Positions 35,573 to 45,215 of a stretch of 64,000 nucleotides of DNA are shown here, one piece after another. The position numbers and the translations under genes are program-made. The notes beneath the pieces are model-generated. The model was given only the letters and a program-made list of their open reading frames with translations. It was not told the DNA's origin and made no database searches. Source of the DNA: Escherichia phage vB_EcoM_JN03; the sequence record OR885871; one strand, given 5' to 3'. Every line of letters starts with the position of its first letter. Position 1 is the stretch's first letter.

Positions 35573-37072
35573 ATGTCTGAGATCCAAATAGTCAAAGTGA
35601 ACGAAGTTAGAATGCGGATCCTTGCCGAGGATTATATCCGTGAAGAACTCAACGATTACTTCAAATTTGAAGATCCTAATTTCCAACCGAATCCGTTCAG
35701 TAAATGGGACGGCGTAGTGCGGTTGTTCACAAAGAGTTCTGGGCTTATCGACATCGGCCTGTTATTTGAGGTGTTCAAATTCTGTAAGATGAACGGTTAC
35801 ACCATCAAATTAGATCCGGCCTTAAAATATATTCAAGATATTCCGGATGAAGAAATTCATGCGTTCATCGATACATTGAATGCGGTGTACCGAGACGAAA
35901 ACAAACAATATCAAAAAGCGATTGTCCGCGATTATCAATTTGATTCTGTTGCCACAGCAATACGCCAAAGCAGATGTGTCCTCGAAGCTGCCACGAGTGC
36001 TGGCAAATCCTTTATTTTGTACATCATGGCGCGTTACTACAGGCAACGCAGAGATGCCCTCGAAAGTAATCTGAGGACGTTAATCGTTGTACCATCCATT
36101 CATTTGGTGACTCAGTTGTATGACAACTTCGAAGAATATAGCCACGGGACAGAATGGAAACCATTGATGAATGTCCAGACAATATACGAAGGGGCAACGA
36201 AAGAGATTTTCAAACCCATAGTTATTTCAACTTGGCAAGGTATCCAGAACCAACCCAAAGAGTGGTTCCATCAATTTGGAGATATCGTCGTCGACGAAGT
36301 ACATACATCAAAATCAGATAAATTGTCTTACATCTTGAATAACTGTATTAACGCTGATCAACGTTTGGGAGTAACCGGAACCCTGGCGAATACAAAGGTC
36401 GCAGGGTTACAAGTCGTTGCTCACTTTGGCGCATATCATAAAATTATTACAGCGCGCGATTTAATCGATCTAGGATTTGCGGCGGACATCAATGTTAATA
36501 TGATTGAAGTCATACATCCTATGGCAGACTGTATTGAAATGCACGGTGCTGAGTATCAAAAGGAAATAGAATTCCTCATTGCTAACGAACGCCGCAATGA
36601 ATTGATAGCTCGAATGGCTCTATCTTTGAAAGGGAACGTCGCAGTAATGTTCGAACGTATCGATGCACACATGATGTTGGTTTATGAAATGCTATCGGCA
36701 GTCAAGAAAAACGTATTCGTCATCAACGGGGAAGTCAAGACAGAAGTTCGTAAACAGATTCAGGCTGCTATGGAAGAAGGGGAAGATATAACACTGTTAG
36801 CATCATATGGCACTATGCAACAGGGCGTATCTATCAAAAAACTCCATCATCTGATTTTGGCCCATCCCAGCAAATCTTATATCCGTGTTATACAGACATT
36901 GGGGCGTTTGATGCGTCAGCATTCCTCTAAGGATGTTGCGCGAATCTGGGACCTGGTAGACAACCTGCGCTACAACGGTTCTTACAACCATGCTCTCAGG
37001 CATTCTCATGAGAGATATAAATTTTATCTTATGGAGCGCCACCCTGTTAAAATGAAAAAAGTGGCGCTCTAA
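35573..37072 (+). CDS. uvsW: UvsW-like SF2 DNA helicase
   Basis: Walker A EAATSAGKS, DEVH box (IVVDEVHTS), ~500 aa like T4 UvsW. Start may be the GTG at 35570. Confidence 0.75.
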   Translation: MSEIQIVKVNEVRMRILAEDYIREELNDYFKFEDPNFQPNPFSKWDGVVRLFTKSSGLIDIGLLFEVFKFCKMNGYTIKLDPALKYIQDIPDEEIHAFIDTLNAVYRDENKQYQKAIVRDYQFDSVATAIRQSRCVLEAATSAGKSFILYIMARYYRQRRDALESNLRTLIVVPSIHLVTQLYDNFEEYSHGTEWKPLMNVQTIYEGATKEIFKPIVISTWQGIQNQPKEWFHQFGDIVVDEVHTSKSDKLSYILNNCINADQRLGVTGTLANTKVAGLQVVAHFGAYHKIITARDLIDLGFAADINVNMIEVIHPMADCIEMHGAEYQKEIEFLIANERRNELIARMALSLKGNVAVMFERIDAHMMLVYEMLSAVKKNVFVINGEVKTEVRKQIQAAMEEGEDITLLASYGTMQQGVSIKKLHHLILAHPSKSYIRVIQTLGRLMRQHSSKDVARIWDLVDNLRYNGSYNHALRHSHERYKFYLMERHPVKMKKVAL

Positions 37073-37077
37073 CTATT

Positions 37078-37443
37078 TCAAAGATCTTGGTTCACATAGG
37101 CGGGGGTTGCCTCGCCTTCTTTGTTGGAACCAAATAAACAGTCGATCGTGCCAATACATTGTTGTAGCACTTTCGGCTCAAGAATCTGAGAAAACAATTC
37201 TTCATTAGATGCCAGCAATGGAACAACTTTCACTTCCCGCGCCTGGCCTTGTTGAATAATGCCAACATACAGACCTTTGTTATTTGGGAGTAATGGTATC
37301 ACCATCATCGGTGTCACAACAAACCCCGATGTACAGAAAAGGCTTTGTAAATAAACGCCTTTTAATGACGAACGTTGTTCTGATATGGAAAGAATTGCTT
37401 CTTGGTCTTCCCCTACTGCGTATAAACCAACAAATTGCTTCAT
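37078..37443 (-). CDS. Hypothetical protein (121 aa, minus strand)
   Basis: Convergent with uvsW and divergent from gp45; no recognised motif. Confidence 0.45.
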   Translation of the reverse strand: MKQFVGLYAVGEDQEAILSISEQRSSLKGVYLQSLFCTSGFVVTPMMVIPLLPNNKGLYVGIIQQGQAREVKVVPLLASNEELFSQILEPKVLQQCIGTIDCLFGSNKEGEATPAYVNQDL

Positions 37444-37781
37444 ATGTATTTCTCGCGTGTTAGCAAACTTGGCTACATAATAATGTCATGCTCTGTTTAG
37501 ACCAAATAAAATATTTTACTTGTTGAATAAAAATCGCTTTCTTGTTGAACAATCCGTGCGTAATATACGAGTTGTGAGCTTTGCGAGCAACGAGTATTAT
37601 CACGAGCGAAGCGAGTAGACTGATAAAGAAAGGTTTTATTAAAACAGAATATTATAAATGCCGTCAGGCATTTATTTATCGCGCGTAGGGCAATTTATCA
37701 CTTGTTCTATAACTACAAACACGCGATACTAATTTGCGTCAAATATGACTTGAACCCCACTATATTTTGAGGATACAACTA
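37444..37781. promoter_or_regulatory. Long (~340 bp) divergent intergenic control region
   Basis: AT-rich; contains CGAG-rich repeats (cgagttgtgagc / gcgagcaacgag / cgagcgaagcgag) and a perfect hairpin aaatgccgtcaggcattt followed by a T-run. No tRNA-like structure seen. Confidence 0.5.
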
Positions 37782-38450
37782 ATGCAAGAGATCACTCTCT
37801 CCGAACGCACTTTACAACTGCTGGCTAACTTTGAAACCATCTGCCCCTCTATCGTTCTGGCACCTGGTAAAAAGTTGCGCACTGTTAACGATTCCAGTAC
37901 AGTTATCGCTATTGCCGACATTGACGAAGACTTCCCGTTCGAATTCCCGATTCTGGATCTGACCAAATTGCTGGCAATCCAGCGTCTGCCGAGTTTTAAA
38001 GGCGGTAAAATTGAAATGTCGGAAGACCACATTTTGCTGAAAGGTGAAAACTCCCAACTGCAATTCTGGCGTTCCGCTAAAGAACTGACTGTCGTTCCAG
38101 CAGACAGCATCGATCTTCCGTCTGTAGAATTTGAAGCAACAGTCACTCCTGAAAAAATGAAAGAGCTGACTCGCGCCTGTTCTACTCTGGGCCACAAAAC
38201 TGTACGCCTGGTGGCCAGCGGCGGTAAAACTCGTCTGGTGGGCACGACCACTACTATCGACAATTCCAACGATTACACTGTTGAGTTGGGTGAAACAACT
38301 CTGGGTGATTTTGCTATGCCTGTTGATGTGGTCAACCTGAAAATGATCGAAGGCAACTACGTGATCCGCGCCTGTGCCGAAATGCAACTGGTTAACTTCC
38401 AATCCGCAGACGGCACCATCAACTATTACGTCGGCATGCAGCTGGATTAA
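37782..38450 (+). CDS. gp45: Sliding clamp gp45 homolog
   Basis: Start at the ATG with RBS gagga; the ORF-track start is a TTG. 223 aa; N-terminus MQEITLSERTLQLLANFETI aligns with T4 gp45 MKLSKDTTALLKNFATI. Confidence 0.75.
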   Translation: MQEITLSERTLQLLANFETICPSIVLAPGKKLRTVNDSSTVIAIADIDEDFPFEFPILDLTKLLAIQRLPSFKGGKIEMSEDHILLKGENSQLQFWRSAKELTVVPADSIDLPSVEFEATVTPEKMKELTRACSTLGHKTVRLVASGGKTRLVGTTTTIDNSNDYTVELGETTLGDFAMPVDVVNLKMIEGNYVIRACAEMQLVNFQSADGTINYYVGMQLD

Positions 38451-38480
38451 TCAATAACGATTCGGCGCTTTATTATCGGT

Positions 38481-38505
38481 GGCGGGGGTTTCCCCGCCCT
38501 TTGAA
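38481..38505 (+). terminator. Terminator-like hairpin (ggcgggggtttccccgcc + T-rich)
   Basis: Immediately downstream of gp45. Confidence 0.5.
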
Positions 38506-38528
38506 ACGTTTTATCTAAAGAGGCTGCA

Positions 38529-39518
38529 ATGTCTAACATCACTATCGTCACAGATCAATACGCGTGGGAAAACAAATATCGTCCTGACAATCTGGATGAG
38601 ATCGTCCTCCCTTCAGACGTCCGTGCAAAAATCCATGGCTATGTTACATCAGGCAATGGAAACATCCCCTCAATGCTGTTCTATTCCCCTCAGCCTGGCA
38701 CGGGCAAGACTACTTCTGCTCTGGCTGTGTGCAACGAAATCGGTTGTATCAAACCGTTGATGATCAATGCGTCACTGGATAACAGCATTGATGTCATCCG
38801 TGACCGTGTTATTCAATACGCAACTGGCGTCAGTGTTTTCGGTGGCCGCAAAGTCGTTATCCTCGATGAAGTTGAGCGACTTTCCATGGCGGCGCAGGAA
38901 TCCCTGAAAGGCATCGTAGAGAAAGTCTCCAAAAACTGCTCCTTCATCCTGACGACTAATGCGAAACAGCGCGTTAACGAACCTCTGCGTTCCCGCTGTC
39001 GTGAAATTGATTTTATCTGGTCCGAAAAGGAAGCAGATGAAGTTAAACTCCAATTCATGCGTCGTTGCGCAACTATCCTGACAGAGGAAGGTATTCCGTA
39101 TGAAGCTGGTGTAATTGCTTCCATTGTGAAAGCATATTTCCCAGATAATCGCAAAATTATGGGAACTCTTCAGGATAATGCCACCACGTTTGGTAAAATC
39201 GATGAACGCGCTCTGGCACAGGTTAAAGCAGGGGAATTCCAAGCGCTGGTTGATTTCCTGAAAACCAATGATTGGGCTGGGATGAAGCAGTGGGTGACCG
39301 ACAACCAAAACTACATCACTGAAGATTTTTATTCCCGTTTCTTCCATTTCTGCGTTCCCCAGAACAAGGAAAAGACTCCTTTGATTCAAAAAGAGTCAAT
39401 CCCTGATCTGGTATGTGTCTGTGGTCAGTCTCAGATTGAACATCGTTCCGTCGGCGACGTCTGGTTACACGGCGTTTACTTCTTGACTAACGTCATGCTC
39501 AACATCAAATGGAAGTAA
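38529..39518 (+). CDS. gp44: Clamp loader large subunit gp44 homolog (AAA+)
   Basis: KYRPDNLDEIVLP...SPQPGTGKTT aligns with T4 gp44 KYRPSTIDECILP...SPSPGTGKTT; DEVE Walker B. Confidence 0.85.
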   Translation: MSNITIVTDQYAWENKYRPDNLDEIVLPSDVRAKIHGYVTSGNGNIPSMLFYSPQPGTGKTTSALAVCNEIGCIKPLMINASLDNSIDVIRDRVIQYATGVSVFGGRKVVILDEVERLSMAAQESLKGIVEKVSKNCSFILTTNAKQRVNEPLRSRCREIDFIWSEKEADEVKLQFMRRCATILTEEGIPYEAGVIASIVKAYFPDNRKIMGTLQDNATTFGKIDERALAQVKAGEFQALVDFLKTNDWAGMKQWVTDNQNYITEDFYSRFFHFCVPQNKEKTPLIQKESIPDLVCVCGQSQIEHRSVGDVWLHGVYFLTNVMLNIKWK

Positions 39519-39522
39519 TATT

Positions 39523-39945
39523 ATGGCCGCTCCGTCACTGTTCGATTACCTCGGTGCGTTGAATAGCACCAAAGAGAATCTGTTGATGACCGAAGACCCC
39601 GAAATCAGAAAGGCATTTGATCCTTTCATGACTCGGCGCGGCCTTGCTCAGAGTAAAGACACGCTTGTGGTTGCTGAACAAATGAACCGCTTCCATGCCA
39701 TTACTCCTTGGATGCAATGGAACCTGGCGTTTCATAGCATTCCGGCAAAACGTCGCTATGACAAGTGGTCTAAGAAGGGAGCTATGGATCCTGATGTAAA
39801 ATTGATTTCTGAGTATTATTACATCAGTCCTGAAAAGGCTTCAGAATATGTTCGATTCCTGCCGAAAGAAGTCCTGGCTGAAATCAAGGCGAAGGTCGAA
39901 CGTTCCAACAGCAACGAAAAAGCCAAACCGCGCAAGGCTAAGTAA
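39523..39945 (+). CDS. gp62: Clamp loader small subunit gp62 homolog
   Basis: SIPAKRRYDKWSKK resembles T4 gp62 AVPRGKRYGKWAKL; position after gp44. Confidence 0.7.
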   Translation: MAAPSLFDYLGALNSTKENLLMTEDPEIRKAFDPFMTRRGLAQSKDTLVVAEQMNRFHAITPWMQWNLAFHSIPAKRRYDKWSKKGAMDPDVKLISEYYYISPEKASEYVRFLPKEVLAEIKAKVERSNSNEKAKPRKAK

Positions 39946-39974
39946 TTCAAATAATTGTTAAAGGGGTATGAGTC

Positions 39975-40439
39975 ATGGCGCGTAATACGCTGGACATCTT
40001 AAAACTTTCAGCTGTCAACGATGAGGCCAGCATTGTTGACTGTATGGTTGAAGTTCAATTGAACCAAGACAAACCAGGGATTTTCCTGGGTATCAAGGAA
40101 ACGCTGAGTCGGATAGGGGTTAACACTCGTCAAGAGCCTAACACCTTGTATCAAACGTGCCATATTCTGCATAAATTTGGCAGATATCACATCGTGCATT
40201 TCAAGCATTTGTTCATGCTAGATGGGCACTACAACGGCTTTACGCGTGAAGATGTCCTGCGTATGAATCGGATTATACGGCTTCTGGAGCAATGGAATAT
40301 GGTTAAGATCTTGCATCCGGAACAAATAACCGAAGTGGCTGACATGTCTCGGATCAAAGTTGTAAAACATGACCAAGTTTCTGAGTGGAAATTGGTTCCA
40401 AAATACACCATTCGCCCAAGTCGGGCAAAAAGCGAATAA
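39975..40439 (+). CDS. regA: Translational repressor RegA homolog
   Basis: LYQTCHILHKFGRYHIVHFKHLF and EWKLVPKYTIRP match T4 RegA LYQSCHILQKKGLYYIVHFKEM and EWKLVPKYTIG. Has ~23 extra N-terminal residues if the RBS-supported ATG at 39975 is used. Confidence 0.85.
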   Translation: MARNTLDILKLSAVNDEASIVDCMVEVQLNQDKPGIFLGIKETLSRIGVNTRQEPNTLYQTCHILHKFGRYHIVHFKHLFMLDGHYNGFTREDVLRMNRIIRLLEQWNMVKILHPEQITEVADMSRIKVVKHDQVSEWKLVPKYTIRPSRAKSE

Positions 40440-40455
40440 CTGGAGTCGCTATATT

Positions 40456-41319
40456 ATGACAACTACATTTAATAAAAACGTGAGATTGAATTTGGCTTTT
40501 GGTAATGCGGCTGGAGATATTACAGCCCCTGACTTCGGTAAAATTCGCAATCAGGCCAAACTGGTTCTGGAAGAGACCCGCGAATTACTGGAAGCGGCTT
40601 ATTTCGATCATGACATCAAACTTGAGCTGGTGGCAACTCCAAAAGAAGACACCGATGATGTTGATATGGATAAAATCCTGAAAGCCATCATGGACGCTCA
40701 GGGTGATATCACAACTGTTAATGACGGCGTGGCCCATATCGCTGGGTTTAATGGTGATGAATGTTTACAACGCGTGTTTGCCTCTAACATGAGCAAATTT
40801 ATTCGCTCAGAAGATGAAGTCGGTCCGGCACTGGAATATTATTATTCACGCGGTTTCCCAGATGGCCAGTTACGCGTTGAAGGTGAATTCCCTCAGGCAT
40901 GCATCAAAGTGAATGAGACTGTGATGTGGAATGGCAAAGAATATCCGAAAGGAAAATTCCTGAAAAACATGGCTGTGTTCAAAGAGCCTGATTTCTCTGA
41001 TATGCTGACGAATACCCCTTCCCGTCAGATCAATGACATCGTTGCCAGCATGGCAATTGAAGAAGGTCAGGTATTTATTGATGATCTGAACGGCGTGGCG
41101 TTGGTATCTCCAAAAACGTTGGAAGTAATTCTTTCTATGGCAGTTGAAAAATCTTCTCGACCCGTAGATGTTAACGGCCAAATTGAAAGTTATGTGCCAG
41201 CGTATATCATTAACGATACCAATATGCCTAAGCTGTGTGGGGTGTGGGGTGCTAATGTTCGTGTATACGCGTGCGCACCTGTTCAAAACACTGTGACACA
41301 CCTCTCTCGCTTCGATTAA
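40456..41319 (+). CDS. MazG-like NTP pyrophosphohydrolase domain protein with C-terminal extension
   Basis: N-terminal helix with EExxE signature (AKLVLEETRELLEAAYFDHD) typical of MazG/HisE all-alpha NTP-PPases; ~190-aa uncharacterised C-terminal region. Confidence 0.5.
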   Translation: MTTTFNKNVRLNLAFGNAAGDITAPDFGKIRNQAKLVLEETRELLEAAYFDHDIKLELVATPKEDTDDVDMDKILKAIMDAQGDITTVNDGVAHIAGFNGDECLQRVFASNMSKFIRSEDEVGPALEYYYSRGFPDGQLRVEGEFPQACIKVNETVMWNGKEYPKGKFLKNMAVFKEPDFSDMLTNTPSRQINDIVASMAIEEGQVFIDDLNGVALVSPKTLEVILSMAVEKSSRPVDVNGQIESYVPAYIINDTNMPKLCGVWGANVRVYACAPVQNTVTHLSRFD

Positions 41320-41342
41320 TATAATCCGTTATTCACTAAACA

Positions 41343-41370
41343 ACAGAGGCTATAATGGCCTCTGTTTTTG
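41343..41370 (+). terminator. Terminator hairpin (acagaggctataatggcctctgt + T-run)
   Basis: Perfect 8-bp stem followed by ttttg. Confidence 0.6.
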
Positions 41371-41388
41371 TATTCTAGAGAGGATACC

Positions 41389-42612
41389 ATGAAAGATAAA
41401 CCATATGACATCCCATATTGCGGTGTCCGTGAAACCAAAATCAAATCAGCCCATCCTATGTTAAGTTCATTCCACCGCCAGCTGGCATATGAATGGATGA
41501 GGGATCGTTATGCGATACATGTCAAGAAGGACGTGCAATGCCTTCCAGCGCCATGGACGGATAATCCGGTATTACGCCAAGTCAAGTTTTGTAACGTGCG
41601 GAGAGAGCACGATAGGCAGTCTCGAAATTTGATCAATAATATCATCCTCGATCAGGATCTCACGCTATCTGACAAAATGTTCAACTGTGTATTGTTCCGC
41701 ATGTACAACATGTGGGAACCTATACAGGCTTTGGGTGGTCCATGGACGATCGAAGAATTCGGAAACATAAATCTTGAATGGTGTCGAGATGTTCTTCAGG
41801 AATTCGAATCTAAAGGTGGCAAAGTTTTCACCAATGCGTTTAATACAGGCGGTCTGAAACAATGCCTGGCTTTCCCTGAACTAGTTGTCAACCACAAGGA
41901 GCAACGCTTTGGCGGCATGAAAGTAAAAGTCCATCGGGTTGGCGGTGTTATAGATGAAATGGATTACAAGGTTGCCAAGAAGCTGGCCGAAGATAATCCT
42001 GGTGAATACAAAATAGAAGGCTGGGAACCATACATGCCGATGCGAGTCATCCGCTCTTTGAAGGCATTCGTCAACAAACACCCTCATTACTTTGATCGCC
42101 TCAGGGAATTTAGCCGTCCCGACTCTGTTTACCAGGCGATGTATGACGACATTGAGGGGCTTGGACCATTCTTGGCATACCAGATTTGGGTTGATTTTAC
42201 ATACATCGATGAATATCCATTCAGTGAAAACCACTTCACTATCGCTGGTCCAGGTTGCCGTGCTGGTATCGATCTGTTATTTTTGGACAAGGACGGCATG
42301 ACGCATGAAGAATGCATATTCTGGGTTCGTGATCATCAAGATCAATTGTTCGCTCAGTATGGGTATAAACGTAATGAATTTTGGTCGGCAGAAGAACCGG
42401 AAGATCGTTGCATGAATGTTATGCAGCTGGAGAACATGTTCTGTGAACTTCAGAAATATACCCGCTGCGTTGAGGCGGTGATGCGCGGGGAGAAACCTCG
42501 AGGAAAGGTGGGGTATGACGGGAATGGCAGTGCGTATAAGCAACGTTGTGATGAAGTCGTCCTCAAACGTGGTTCCGTGAATCTTTTAGAACGTTTGAAG
42601 AAACCTGAATAA
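41389..42612 (+). CDS. Hypothetical protein (~407 aa), function unknown
   Basis: ATG with RBS gagagga; the ORF-track start at 41368 is a TTG inside the terminator. No confident motif. Confidence 0.5.
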   Translation: MKDKPYDIPYCGVRETKIKSAHPMLSSFHRQLAYEWMRDRYAIHVKKDVQCLPAPWTDNPVLRQVKFCNVRREHDRQSRNLINNIILDQDLTLSDKMFNCVLFRMYNMWEPIQALGGPWTIEEFGNINLEWCRDVLQEFESKGGKVFTNAFNTGGLKQCLAFPELVVNHKEQRFGGMKVKVHRVGGVIDEMDYKVAKKLAEDNPGEYKIEGWEPYMPMRVIRSLKAFVNKHPHYFDRLREFSRPDSVYQAMYDDIEGLGPFLAYQIWVDFTYIDEYPFSENHFTIAGPGCRAGIDLLFLDKDGMTHEECIFWVRDHQDQLFAQYGYKRNEFWSAEEPEDRCMNVMQLENMFCELQKYTRCVEAVMRGEKPRGKVGYDGNGSAYKQRCDEVVLKRGSVNLLERLKKPE

Positions 42613-42727
42613 AGATTCCCTTTACTTCATTCTTCAATAACTCTTTTCAACGTATTATTGACCTCACTTAAACGAAGCGCCCTGGCAAACGGGGCGCACA
42701 TTTGAACTGAAACAGGAAGACTATACC

Positions 42728-44746
42728 ATGGCAGAATTCAAACCCTTCGCAACGGCAGTTAATAACAACGTGCTGGCGATGTCCGCAACTGGTCTGTTCA
42801 TGACCAATATCGATAAAGATGCTCTTTGGGATCTGTATCTGGAATCTTTCCCTGCTGGTACCAACCCGCTCTACCGTGAGCGTACCGAGCACGACTGTAC
42901 CTGCTGTAAACAATTCATCCGTAACATCGGCGGTGTGGTCACCATCGACTCCGACCTGAACGTGATTTCCATCTGGGACAACATTGATCTGGGTAATGAA
43001 TATGACGTGGTGGCTGCGGCGCTGTCGGCGTATGTCAAACAACACGCAATCGTCGATGTTTATTTTAACGATTCTGCCAAAGTCGGCCTGTCTCACAATC
43101 ACGAATCTGGTGAAGATGGCAAAATCCGTACTTATAATCATTTCCATACCCAATTACTTGGTAGCTATGTTCTGCGTCCGGACGCAATCGCTTCGAAAAA
43201 AGGTGAAATCCGCCAGGCTATTGAATTGTTTGAACGCGGTCTGCGTGAAATTACTCTGGAATCAGCTGAAATCGTTCTGGAACTGATTGACCAGAATTCT
43301 CTGTATCGCGGCGCAGAACACAAAGCAGCAGTGAAGGGATTTGTTGAAACCAAAAAGGCATATGAACAAGTCCCCGAATCAGCCCGTTCTCTTTGGGCAT
43401 GGCATACTGGATACCGTTCAAACAATCATGTTCCACACGGCATCCGTAACACAGTTATCGGCACTCTGCTGACAGATATCAGCGAAGGCGTGGAACTGGA
43501 AAAGGCTGTTAAATCGTTTGAATCCAAAGTTGCTCCGGCGAACTACAAACGTCCGACAGCGCTGGTTTCAAAATCCATGATCGAAAACGCTCAGAAAGAA
43601 GTTATTGCTCTGGGTTTGGAAGACTCACTGGCGCGTCGTTATGCGGTTTATGATGATCTGACAATCAACAACGTTCTGTTCGCAGATCTGGCTGCTCAGA
43701 AAGCGATGGATCCGTTTGCACAGCTGGCCGCCGAAGTGAAAACTCCGACCAAGTCCCTGGAAAAAGTTGAAGAGATCAGCGTTGATGATTTCCTGAGCAA
43801 TGTTCTGCCAAAAGCGCATTCAATGGAAGTGCTTGTAGAGAATTCTCATACTAGCAACCTGATGTCCCTGGTTGCTCCGGCGAACCCAGATGCGCCTAAC
43901 TTGTTCAAGTGGAACAACGGTTTCTCCTGGTCTTACAATGGTGAAGTGGCCGATTCCATTAAAGAACGTGTAAAGGCTGCTGGCGGTAAAGTTGACGGGT
44001 ATCTGCGCGTTTCCTTGGCGTGGCACAATAACGACGACCTCGATCTGCATATGTTCAACAACATGGAGCACGTTTACTTCCGCGATCGCCGCTCTATGAC
44101 AGGTGCCCATCTGGATATCGATATGAACGGTATGGATGGTATTGATCCAAACCGCGCTCCGGTGGAAAATATCATCTTTACAGATGAAAGCAAGCTGCGC
44201 GATGGTGAATACCGTTTCGAAATCCACAACTACAATCAACGTGAAAAAATCGACGAAGGGTTTGAAGTAGAAGTAGAATACAAAGGCGCAACGCATCGTT
44301 TCAGCCATCCTGGCCTGAAAGATCAGGGGCGTATCACTGCAGTCATCCTGACTGTTAAAGACAAACAAGTTGTTGGCATTAAGTCCGAACTGGCTAATGT
44401 TGATAAGTCTAAAGAAGTTTGGGGTATCAAGACTGCGACCTTCCAGAAAGTACAGCTGGTCCTGAACTCACCAAACCATTGGGATGGCGAGCAGACAGGC
44501 AACAAGCACGTGTTCTTCATCCTGGAAGGTTGTGCTAATCCTGAAGGTACTCGTGGTTTCTACAACGAATATCTGAAGCCAGAACTGGATAAACATCGTA
44601 AGGTTTTTGAAATGTTGGGTAGTAAAATGAAAGTCCAGCCGAATGAAAACCAACTGTCCGGTCTGGGATTCTCGACGACGCAACGCAACCACGTGTTCGT
44701 CAAAGTGTCCGGCGCGTTTAACCGTACTGTAAAAGTCATTTTCTAA
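42728..44746 (+). CDS. Large hypothetical protein (672 aa), function unknown
   Basis: Start context caggaagactataccATG. Cys cluster near the N-terminus (HDCTCC). No polymerase or P-loop motifs found. Confidence 0.5.
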   Translation: MAEFKPFATAVNNNVLAMSATGLFMTNIDKDALWDLYLESFPAGTNPLYRERTEHDCTCCKQFIRNIGGVVTIDSDLNVISIWDNIDLGNEYDVVAAALSAYVKQHAIVDVYFNDSAKVGLSHNHESGEDGKIRTYNHFHTQLLGSYVLRPDAIASKKGEIRQAIELFERGLREITLESAEIVLELIDQNSLYRGAEHKAAVKGFVETKKAYEQVPESARSLWAWHTGYRSNNHVPHGIRNTVIGTLLTDISEGVELEKAVKSFESKVAPANYKRPTALVSKSMIENAQKEVIALGLEDSLARRYAVYDDLTINNVLFADLAAQKAMDPFAQLAAEVKTPTKSLEKVEEISVDDFLSNVLPKAHSMEVLVENSHTSNLMSLVAPANPDAPNLFKWNNGFSWSYNGEVADSIKERVKAAGGKVDGYLRVSLAWHNNDDLDLHMFNNMEHVYFRDRRSMTGAHLDIDMNGMDGIDPNRAPVENIIFTDESKLRDGEYRFEIHNYNQREKIDEGFEVEVEYKGATHRFSHPGLKDQGRITAVILTVKDKQVVGIKSELANVDKSKEVWGIKTATFQKVQLVLNSPNHWDGEQTGNKHVFFILEGCANPEGTRGFYNEYLKPELDKHRKVFEMLGSKMKVQPNENQLSGLGFSTTQRNHVFVKVSGAFNRTVKVIF

Positions 44747-44784
44747 TTGATTTTGACCACAAATTCGTAATAAGGAACAATGAA

Positions 44785-45156
44785 ATGTTTGATCAAGCAA
44801 CCCGTTTAAAACTGCGTTTCAACTCTAACAAAGGTCTGCTGTCTGTTGAGCAGGTTTGGGATCTGAACCTGAATGCCCTAAACGAACTGGCGAAAGACCT
44901 CAGCCGTCAGGTGAAGGAAGCCGCCAGCGATGAAGAAGATTTCATCGGCGTGAAAAGCGCAGTCGACTCTCAGTTACAACTGCGTTTCGATATCGTGAAA
45001 GCTATCATCGGTGTTAAACTGAAAGAACGTGACGAAAGCGCAACCGCCGCCGAACGTAAAGCGAATAACCAGGCGATCATGGAACTGATCCAGCGTAAGA
45101 AACAGCAGGAACTGGAAGGTCTCTCTGTTGAAGAACTGGAAAAACTCCTGAAATAA
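44785..45156 (+). CDS. Hypothetical coiled-coil protein (123 aa)
   Basis: Charged helical sequence; terminator directly downstream. Confidence 0.45.
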   Translation: MFDQATRLKLRFNSNKGLLSVEQVWDLNLNALNELAKDLSRQVKEAASDEEDFIGVKSAVDSQLQLRFDIVKAIIGVKLKERDESATAAERKANNQAIMELIQRKKQQELEGLSVEELEKLLK

Positions 45157-45176
45157 TCTGTCGGCTCCGGCCTGAG

Positions 45177-45206
45177 CAACCCCGCCGTGTGCGGGGTTTC
45201 TTTTGG
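45177..45206 (+). terminator. Rho-independent terminator (caaccccgccgtgtgcggggtt + U-tract)
   Basis: Hairpin plus tcttttgg. Confidence 0.7.
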
Positions 45207-45215
45207 ACAAAGAAT

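Noticed and set aside
37444-37781. Possible tRNA or other structured RNA gene in the long intergenic region.
   Set aside because: No cloverleaf-compatible sequence (no GTTC-type T-arm, no acceptor stem pairing) was found by eye; retained only as a regulatory region.
40369-41319. Longer ORF-track form of the MazG-like gene starting at 40369.
   Set aside because: The extra N-terminal 29 codons overlap the regA 3' end with no RBS; the ATG at 40456 has a ggag RBS and gives a MazG-like N-terminus.
42728-44746. DNA polymerase gp43, expected after regA by T4 synteny.
   Set aside because: The 672-aa protein lacks exonuclease (DxE) and polymerase motif A/B/C patterns and is too short; polymerase must be encoded elsewhere.
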